From: Abditibacteriaceae bacterium
Lineage (GTDB): Bacteria > Armatimonadota > Abditibacteriia > Abditibacteriales > Abditibacteriaceae
Assembly: GCA_031425655.1 (NCBI GenBank)
Contig: JANPJS010000233.1
Location: 1 to 14,184, forward strand
DNA length: 14,184 bases
Direction: 5' to 3'
A program made the position numbers and the translations under genes. The notes beneath the pieces were generated by a model that saw nothing but the letters and a program-made list of their open reading frames with translations, made no database searches and had not been told where the DNA came from. How positions within the stretch are numbered: position 1 is the stretch's first letter; every line of letters begins with the position of its first letter. This document shows, one piece after another, positions 8,312 to 14,184 of the stretch.

Positions 8312-8836
8312 TTACTTCGCCAACAGTTCGATTTCGGCGACGTTGCCCCAGCCATCGTCGGGCGCGAGGTAGCGCAGATAACGGAACTTTTTGTCACTTT
8401 CGATTTTGGTGGCGTCCGTCCATTCGCCGCCTAATGGCTCGTTGGCGATAGTGAATAAATCCACCACGTTTTTCGAGAAATCCGCGGTGTCACTGCCCTG
8501 GAATTTGCCGCCTACCATGCGAGTGCCGAAATCCGAGCGCGGGTAAAAGCGAATTTTCGCAAGCTGCGCGTCTTTGCCTTCGCCTAAGTCAATCCCGACC
8601 CAGACGCCGTTGCCGTTGGTATCTTCGGGCGCATCGAAATAGGTTTCCGTGTCGCCGTCGAAGGCTTTAGCCTTGTCACTTCCGCCATCCTGATACGAGC
8701 CGGGCGTGCCGATGACCGTGCCGGTCAGTTTGGTCTTGGCCTCTTGCGCGATGACCGGGCCAGCCGCACAGAAGGCGCTGGCCGTTAAGGCACAAGCCGC
8801 TGTCCAGTTCCACACACTCTTTTTCTTGATAATCAT
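8312..8836 (-). CDS. Secreted stand-alone F5/8 type C (discoidin/galactose-binding-like) domain protein
   Basis: Signal peptide (KKK, hydrophobic core, VIA/Q). Motifs AFDGDTETYF, WVGIDLG, IRFYPR, FRYLRY and NVAEIEL. AAAGGAG SD upstream. Confidence 0.8.
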   Translation of the reverse strand: MIIKKKSVWNWTAACALTASAFCAAGPVIAQEAKTKLTGTVIGTPGSYQDGGSDKAKAFDGDTETYFDAPEDTNGNGVWVGIDLGEGKDAQLAKIRFYPRSDFGTRMVGGKFQGSDTADFSKNVVDLFTIANEPLGGEWTDATKIESDKKFRYLRYLAPDDGWGNVAEIELLAK

Positions 8837-8940
8837 GGAAACTCCTTTCGCGTAACGCGATTAAGCGAAATATTAACAAGTTTTTTCGCGCGGCGCCTCA
8901 CAAACGCATTAAGAATTTTTCACGTTAAAATCTCCGTGGT

Positions 8941-9660
8941 ATGGCCGAGAACATTGTCGTCAGCGAAATTTTTGGGCCGGTAGTGCAGGGCGAAGGTGCG
9001 CTGATTGGGCGTCCCACGCTTTTCGTGCGCACCGGCGGCTGCGATTTTCGCTGCGCGTGGTGCGACACGCTTTACGCCGTGCTGCCCGAATATCGCGCCG
9101 ATTGGACGCCGATGAGCGCCGACGCCATCTTAGGGCAATTACACGAACTGTGCAGCGGCAAACCGATGTTAGTCACGTTATCGGGTGGAAATCCGGCGCT
9201 ACAGCCGCTGCAATCTCTACTTGACCTCGGTCATAACGCCGGTTACAGTTTCGCGCTCGAAACGCAGGGCAACGTGGCGCGCGATTGGTTCGGCGACCTC
9301 GATTATCTTGTGCTTTCGCCCAAGCCGCCCAGTTCGGGCATGGCTGTGAACTGGCAGCGCCTCGATGATTGTTTTCAGTGTGCGCAATCGGCTAAGCCAC
9401 CCCAGACTTCTTTGAAAATCGTGGTTTTCGACGAACATGATTATCAATTCGCACGGCAGGTGGGAACTCGCTATCCCGCCCTTCCGCTCTATTTGCAGGT
9501 CGGCAATACGGCGCCGGAATCAAGCGCAGAATTGGAAATTTCGCTTTTATTGGAGCGACTGCGCTGGCTGTGCGAGCGCGTTTTGTCGGATGGATGGCAC
9601 AACGCCATCGTATTGCCACAACTTCACGTTCTGATCTATGGCAATCGCAGGGGCGTGTGA
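8941..9660 (+). CDS. queE: 7-carboxy-7-deazaguanine synthase (radical SAM)
   Basis: SEIFGPVVQGEG, CxxxCxxC (CDFRCAWC), LSGGNP, LETQG, LSPKPPSSG and VLPQLHVLIYGNRRGV. Confidence 0.96.
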   Translation: MAENIVVSEIFGPVVQGEGALIGRPTLFVRTGGCDFRCAWCDTLYAVLPEYRADWTPMSADAILGQLHELCSGKPMLVTLSGGNPALQPLQSLLDLGHNAGYSFALETQGNVARDWFGDLDYLVLSPKPPSSGMAVNWQRLDDCFQCAQSAKPPQTSLKIVVFDEHDYQFARQVGTRYPALPLYLQVGNTAPESSAELEISLLLERLRWLCERVLSDGWHNAIVLPQLHVLIYGNRRGV

Positions 9661-9813
9661 GTTAGCCTTAGGAAGAGTGGAAATTCCGCTTGATAAAACG
9701 CCTTTAGTCGAATGCCAAACAATAAGCGGCACTGCTTTTGCAGCGAGCGCGGCAAGGCTTCATGCTTAAGGCGTAACAAAACTCATGAAGCGCATCCTGA
9801 GGAGGAGAACAGC

Positions 9814-10854
9814 ATGAAAAAGCAGATGTTGACAGGTTGTTTGACGTTAGGTGTTGTAGTCGGTGCGATGTCGTTGGCTCAGGCCGACCATCACTTGGCA
9901 GCCCCAGGCGGTGCCATGGCAAGCCCGATGGCATCTCAGCCGACGATGGTGACCGGTAAGGTCAACAATTATTGGACGGACGCTTCCGGTTATGTAACCG
10001 GCGTGGACATCCAGACCGCCAACGGCCCCGCCGTGGTTCATTTCGTTCCCGGAATGGGCAATATGTTGATGCAAACCTATCCGGTGGGCAGCACAGCCAA
10101 CGTGTGGGTGCAGGGCAGCATGATGGACGGCACACAGCACTGGGACTTGGTCGGAGTCGGCGACAAAATGCCGGCGGCAGGTTTCTGGCCGGTTATGAGC
10201 ATGAGCGGCCTTGACATCGCCGAAGATTCGCCGATGATCGTCAACGGAGCCGAGCGCGTGTCCGTGGAAGGAAAACTGCGTCGTGTCGTGACCAACCAAA
10301 TGGGTCAGGTTATCGGTATCGCTGTTGAAACCAGCACCATCAGCAAGGGCGCAACCATAAATCGTTACGGCAAAACGAGTCGCGGCGATATTCTGTGGCA
10401 GTCGGATGCCATGATGTCCGGCGGCAGCATGGGCGCTCCGGTGGCTGGCGGCGCAATGATGGCTGGCGGCAACACCATGGGCGGTAACATGACGCTGATT
10501 CGCGTTGGCCCGGAATATCGTCCGGCCCCGTCGCATGGAGACATGAGGCGTGTAACCCCGCTCATGCTCGGCGACGACATCATCGCCACCGGTTACATGG
10601 AAGCTCCCCGTTATGGCGCGTTGTCTCCGTATGGCCAGCGTTTGATTTCCTCGGCTATCGTGGTCAATGGCCAGAGCGTAGGCATTGAAGGCTTCCCGAA
10701 GATGTCAACGAAGCAGAAGCCGATTTTGGGCTTCAACATCAACTTGCCCTTCATGACCGGCAGCGTGCCGGACACGATGCAAGTTGTGCCCGGCGGCTAC
10801 GAAGTTTATAGCGGCTCGTCCGGCATGAAGAGCGGCACAATGTCCGCGAAGTAA
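9814..10854 (+). CDS. Secreted Met/Gly-rich hypothetical protein, possibly two OB-fold-like beta domains
   Basis: Strong SD (GAGGAGG) before ATG 9814. Signal peptide ending AQA. 346 aa. Followed by its own terminator. Confidence 0.8.
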   Translation: MKKQMLTGCLTLGVVVGAMSLAQADHHLAAPGGAMASPMASQPTMVTGKVNNYWTDASGYVTGVDIQTANGPAVVHFVPGMGNMLMQTYPVGSTANVWVQGSMMDGTQHWDLVGVGDKMPAAGFWPVMSMSGLDIAEDSPMIVNGAERVSVEGKLRRVVTNQMGQVIGIAVETSTISKGATINRYGKTSRGDILWQSDAMMSGGSMGAPVAGGAMMAGGNTMGGNMTLIRVGPEYRPAPSHGDMRRVTPLMLGDDIIATGYMEAPRYGALSPYGQRLISSAIVVNGQSVGIEGFPKMSTKQKPILGFNINLPFMTGSVPDTMQVVPGGYEVYSGSSGMKSGTMSAK

Positions 10855-10873
10855 TTCGTTCTTTGTCGTTGTG

Positions 10874-10909
10874 AAATGGGCCGGCGCGCACTGCGCGCCG
10901 GCCCATTTT
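10874..10909 (+). terminator. Intrinsic terminator
   Basis: aaatgggccggcgcgca-c-tgcgcgccggcccattt is a perfect 17-bp inverted repeat ending in a T run, 20 nt after the stop codon. Confidence 0.85.
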
Positions 10910-10932
10910 CGGTTCGAGCGGCGCTGTCTCTG

Positions 10933-10941
10933 TGATAAAAT
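10933..10941 (+). promoter_or_regulatory. Extended -10 promoter (TGnTAAAAT) of a likely leaderless priA transcript
   Basis: TG-a-TAAAAT followed by 6 nt and then ATG 10948. No SD. Confidence 0.6.
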
Positions 10942-10947
10942 AGCCCG

Positions 10948-13605
10948 ATGATGCCGTTGGAAACTCTGTCCGAAACTCAGCCCCGTAGCGAAGCGGCAAG
11001 TCCGTCTCCGCCGCGCCTGACGCCGCCTTTTGCCAGCGTTGCGCTCGATTGCGCGCAATCGCCGTTGGAACACGAACTCAGCTATCAGGTGCCGCCGGAA
11101 ATGCGAGGCGTTTTGCGAATCGGCTACGCTGTCTTGGTTCCGTGCGGCGCGCAGCGACTTTGCGGCTTTGTCACAGGTTTTTCTCATCGCGCTGATTTTG
11201 ACGGCGAGATTCGGCCTATCGCGCGCCTGCTTTCCAAAGCGCCGCTCTTCGATTCCAAATTGCTCAAGTTGGCGCGATGGATGAGCGCGTATTATCATTG
11301 TCCTCTCAATGTCTGCCTCGATTGTTTCGTGCCGCATGGCTGGCAAGTCGCGCTCGAACGCCGCTTCACATTAACCGCGCAGGACAACCACGAGAATTTG
11401 CGTTTACTGCGCGACTTGTCGCGGAGTCCGCGTCAAGCGCAGATCGTGCAAGTGCTGCTCGATAATCCCCGGCCTCTCACGCAAAAAGAGATCGAAAAAT
11501 TCGTCGGCACCAAAATCGGCGATGGTTTAAAGCGTCTTGTCGAGCAGGGCGCGATAACAATGGTGGAGTCGGTTCTCGATTCCAGTGTCAAGCCGCGCAT
11601 CGTGCAAGCCGTGCGTGCTTTGCGTGAAAACGAACCGGAAGCCGATGGCTGGTTAATTCTCGAAAAAGCCGCGCCCAAACAAGCCGCCGCGTTGCGCCAT
11701 CTGCTGCAATTGCCCGACGCGCCTTTGCCGTCGGCGCTTTTAGCGCGCCATGAAGAAATTGAGTTGGCCGCTCTGCGAGGTTTGGAAAAAAAAGGCTTCA
11801 TCGAATTTTCTCAACTCGAAGTGCGCCGCGATCCGACTTTGCTCATGCCCGCCGCCGACAGCGTTCCGGTTCAGCTTACGCAAGAGCAACGCGATGCGGT
11901 GACGGCGATTGAGCAGGCTTTATTAGGGACTGGGGACTGGGGGCTGGGGGCTGGGAACGGCGTCTGCAAAGCTTCGAATGCCGAGAAAGTAGAACGGGCA
12001 ACTCCTAACCAAGCCTCCAGCCCCCAGTCCCCAGCCCCCAGAACTCTCCTTTTGCAGGGCGTGACGGCCAGCGGCAAGACTGAGGTTTATCTCGCCGCGA
12101 TTGAAAAGTGCCTCGAAATGGGCCGCCGCGCTTTGGTTTTGGTGCCGGAAATCGCGCTGACGGCGCAAACCGTCGAAGTTTTTCAGCGGCGTTTTCAAGA
12201 GCGCGTGGCGATTTTGCATTCGGCGCTCGGCGCCGGCGAACGCTTCGACGAATGGCGCCGCGCGCGTTCGGGACGCGCTGATATTATCGTGGGCGCGCGT
12301 TCGGCCATCTTTGCGCCGTGCCGCAACGTCGGCCTGATTATCATTGACGAAGAGCACGACCATTCTTACAAACAAGATTCATCGCCGCGCTACCACGCGC
12401 GCGACGTGGCTTTAAAACGCGCTGCTCACGACGGCGCCGTCGTGGTATTGGGTTCGGCCACGCCGAGTCTTGAAAGTTACCAGCGCGCCACGCGCGGCGA
12501 ATACGGGCACGTCAAAATGCTGCAACGCGTGCCGGGCCGCTTTTTGCCGGAAATCGAAACCGTTGACATGACCGGTGAAGCGCACATGGGCACACTGCCA
12601 CCGCTCAGTCGCCGCCTGAAAGACGAGCTTTGCGAAATCGTGGCGCGCGGCGAACAAGCGATTTTGTTCCTCAACCGGCGCGGTTTTGCCACTTATGTGC
12701 AGTGCCTCGATTGCGGCCATTCCGAACGCTGCGAAAACTGCGACGTGACGCTCACTTATCATCGCGGCGAAGAAATACTTCGTTGCCATCACTGCGATTA
12801 TCAACGCCAAGTGCGTCACGACTGCCCGGAGTGTAAAGGCTCGATGATCGGTTTTACCGGCACGGGCACGGAAAAAATTGAATCCGAAGTCGAAGAAGTT
12901 TTGCGGCGCGGCGGCTTGCCGGATGCCAAAGTTTTGCGTTTAGACCGCGATACGACGATGCAAAAAGGCTCGCACGCGCGCATTCTTAGCGAGTTTCGAC
13001 ACGGACGCGCGCAAGTTCTCATCGGCACGCAAATGGTGACCAAAGGGCTGGATTTTCCAAACGTCACGCTTGTCGGCGTGATTTCCGCCGATGCGGCGCT
13101 GAATGTGCCCGATTTTCGCGCTGCTGAGCGCACTTTTCAGCTTTTAGCGCAGGTTTCGGGACGCGCTGGTCGCGGCGACCGTCGAGGCCGCGTTCTGGTG
13201 CAAACGCTGACAACCGATCACTATGCGATTCAAGCCGCTTGCACCCACGATTACGAAATGTTCGTGCAGCAGGAAATCGAAGCGCGGCAATCGCCGTGTT
13301 ATCCGCCGTTTTCGCACGTCGTCAACGTGATTTCCAGCGATGAAGACATCCGGCGCGCCAAAACGCGCATCGAAAAATTAGCGCTGCTTTTTCACGAAGA
13401 AATCAAAAAACAGGGCGGCGGAACCGAATTGCTCGGCCCCGTAGATTGCCCTCTGGCGCGCGTCAAAAATAAGTTTCGCTTCCATTTAATGCTGCGCGAC
13501 CGCAATCGCCCACGTTTGCACCGCGTTTTAGCGGCTTACGACGCACAGCCGCGCGAAGCCCGCGAAGGCGTGATTTTGGACGTAGACGCCATGACGATTT
13601 TGTAA
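10948..13605 (+). CDS. priA: Primosomal protein N' (replication restart helicase PriA) with an in-frame repeat insertion
   Basis: N-terminal 3'-DNA-binding-like region, Walker A GVTASGKT, LVPEIALT, DEEH, four CxxC pairs (CLDC, CENC, CHHC, CPEC), GTQMVTKGLDFP, QVSGRAGR and YPPF. Confidence 0.97.
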   Translation: MMPLETLSETQPRSEAASPSPPRLTPPFASVALDCAQSPLEHELSYQVPPEMRGVLRIGYAVLVPCGAQRLCGFVTGFSHRADFDGEIRPIARLLSKAPLFDSKLLKLARWMSAYYHCPLNVCLDCFVPHGWQVALERRFTLTAQDNHENLRLLRDLSRSPRQAQIVQVLLDNPRPLTQKEIEKFVGTKIGDGLKRLVEQGAITMVESVLDSSVKPRIVQAVRALRENEPEADGWLILEKAAPKQAAALRHLLQLPDAPLPSALLARHEEIELAALRGLEKKGFIEFSQLEVRRDPTLLMPAADSVPVQLTQEQRDAVTAIEQALLGTGDWGLGAGNGVCKASNAEKVERATPNQASSPQSPAPRTLLLQGVTASGKTEVYLAAIEKCLEMGRRALVLVPEIALTAQTVEVFQRRFQERVAILHSALGAGERFDEWRRARSGRADIIVGARSAIFAPCRNVGLIIIDEEHDHSYKQDSSPRYHARDVALKRAAHDGAVVVLGSATPSLESYQRATRGEYGHVKMLQRVPGRFLPEIETVDMTGEAHMGTLPPLSRRLKDELCEIVARGEQAILFLNRRGFATYVQCLDCGHSERCENCDVTLTYHRGEEILRCHHCDYQRQVRHDCPECKGSMIGFTGTGTEKIESEVEEVLRRGGLPDAKVLRLDRDTTMQKGSHARILSEFRHGRAQVLIGTQMVTKGLDFPNVTLVGVISADAALNVPDFRAAERTFQLLAQVSGRAGRGDRRGRVLVQTLTTDHYAIQAACTHDYEMFVQQEIEARQSPCYPPFSHVVNVISSDEDIRRAKTRIEKLALLFHEEIKKQGGGTELLGPVDCPLARVKNKFRFHLMLRDRNRPRLHRVLAAYDAQPREAREGVILDVDAMTIL
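11924..12041. repeat. Intragenic inverted repeat with tandem heptamer arms (TGGGGRC / GYCCCCA)
   Basis: Left arm tagggac tggggac tgggggc tgggggc tgggaac (11924-11958). 54-nt spacer. Right arm gcctcca gccccca gtcccca gccccca (12013-12040). Confidence 0.92.
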
Positions 13606-13606
13606 A

Positions 13607-13690
13607 TGGGTGTTAGGTGCTGGGTGTTGGGTTCTGGATGAAGAGAGTTGCTTGTTTCCCAGAACCTAATACCCAGAACCTAACACCCCA
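13607..13690. repeat. Intergenic inverted repeat with tandem heptamer arms (TGGGTGT/TAGGTTC-type)
   Basis: tgggtgt taggtgc tgggtgt tgggttc tgg versus cca gaaccta ataccca gaaccta acaccc. 13608-13637 pairs with 13659-13688 at 27/30 Watson-Crick plus 2 G-U. Confidence 0.92.
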
Positions 13691-13699
13691 AAGGATTTT

Positions 13700-14128
13700 A
13701 TGATTACCGGTATCGGCCACACGGCCTACGATTGTTACAAGTTTGACCAAACGCTCGACTTTTACACGCGCGTTTTGGGCTTTCCGCAAATGTTCGAGTT
13801 GCTCAACGACAAAGGCGAATTGTGGATCGTTTATCTGCGCGTCAACGATGGCGTGTTTATCGAGCTTTTCCCGAAAAGCGGCGAACCACTGTCTGAGCGC
13901 AGCCGCAGTTATTCGCATCTCTGTCTCGAAGTGGACGACATCGAAGCGACGGTCGCCGAAGTGACGGGGCGCGGCGCCACTTTGGATGTGCAAATCCAGC
14001 GCGGCAAAGACGGCAACCGCCAAGCGTGGACGCGCGACCCCGAAGGCAACCGCATCGAATTCATGGAAATGGCGCCCGATTCGATGCAGCGCCAAGCGAT
14101 TGCGCGGCTGCAAAGTGAAAACAAATGA
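13700..14128 (+). CDS. VOC family (glyoxalase/lactoylglutathione lyase-like) protein
   Basis: GIGHTAY, FYTRVLGF, FIELF, SHLCLEVDDIE and RDPEGNRIEFME carry the H/E/H/E metal ligands. AAGGA SD upstream. Confidence 0.92.
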   Translation: MITGIGHTAYDCYKFDQTLDFYTRVLGFPQMFELLNDKGELWIVYLRVNDGVFIELFPKSGEPLSERSRSYSHLCLEVDDIEATVAEVTGRGATLDVQIQRGKDGNRQAWTRDPEGNRIEFMEMAPDSMQRQAIARLQSENK

Positions 14129-14130
14129 AC

Positions 14131-14184
14131 CGCCGATGCACGCGGATAAACGCTGATAAAAAGCCTCATCAGCGTTTATCCGCG
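14131..14184. repeat. Inverted repeat with tandem decamer arms (CGCnGATRMA), truncated by the window edge
   Basis: cgccgatgca cgcggataaa cgctgataaa. 14141-14157 pairs perfectly (17 bp) with 14168-14184. Confidence 0.85.

Noticed and set aside
8837..8940. preQ1 riboswitch upstream of queE (also checked before queC)
   Set aside because: No preQ1-I stem-loop with A-rich tail recognised, and both leaders appear too short. An Rfam scan would be decisive.
7573..9660. queC/queE as a Dpd, Qat or CBASS defence island
   Set aside because: No dpdA, TatD, ATPase or CD-NTase partner in the window. Both enzymes look canonical.
9712..9813. N-terminal extension of the 380-aa ORF
   Set aside because: The strong SD and signal peptide point to ATG 9814.
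9847..10536. 229-aa antisense ORF
   Set aside because: Lies entirely opposite a gene with SD, signal peptide and terminator. No motifs. Typical high-GC shadow ORF.
10705..11346. 213-aa minus-strand ORF
   Set aside because: Overlaps two supported genes and crosses a terminator. No recognisable domain.
11786..11793. A8 run in priA as a frameshift or slippage site
   Set aside because: Encodes an ordinary EKK. The frame is intact and no adjacent stimulator or useful alternative ORF is evident.
13613..14113. 166-aa ORF antisense to the VOC gene
   Set aside because: Shadow frame whose C-terminus is just translated heptamer repeat.
13607..14184. Repeats as a CRISPR array
   Set aside because: Units are 7-10 nt, tandem and inverted. 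There are no regular spacers and no cas genes.

Overview
Mostly housekeeping DNA from a GC-rich bacterium. Gene order and style suggest a Terrabacteria lineage such as Armatimonadota/Abditibacteriota, which is inference only. The left half is a minus-strand division/cell-wall cluster: murC-murB-ddl-ftsQ/divIB-DUF881-sbp(DUF1290). Divergently lie a membrane diguanylate cyclase with queC, then an opposing secreted F5/8C-like gene, queE, a secreted Met-rich unknown protein, priA and a VOC/glyoxalase gene. The unusual signal is five palindromic repeat elements of different sequence. Three have arms of tandem ~7-mers (1527-1623, 11924-12041, 13607-13690), one has 10-mer arms (right edge), and one is a REP-like inverted pair (left edge). 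One 7-mer element sits in frame inside priA and adds ~38 aa just before Walker A. Several genes look leaderless. No rRNA, tRNA, CRISPR or transposase is seen.
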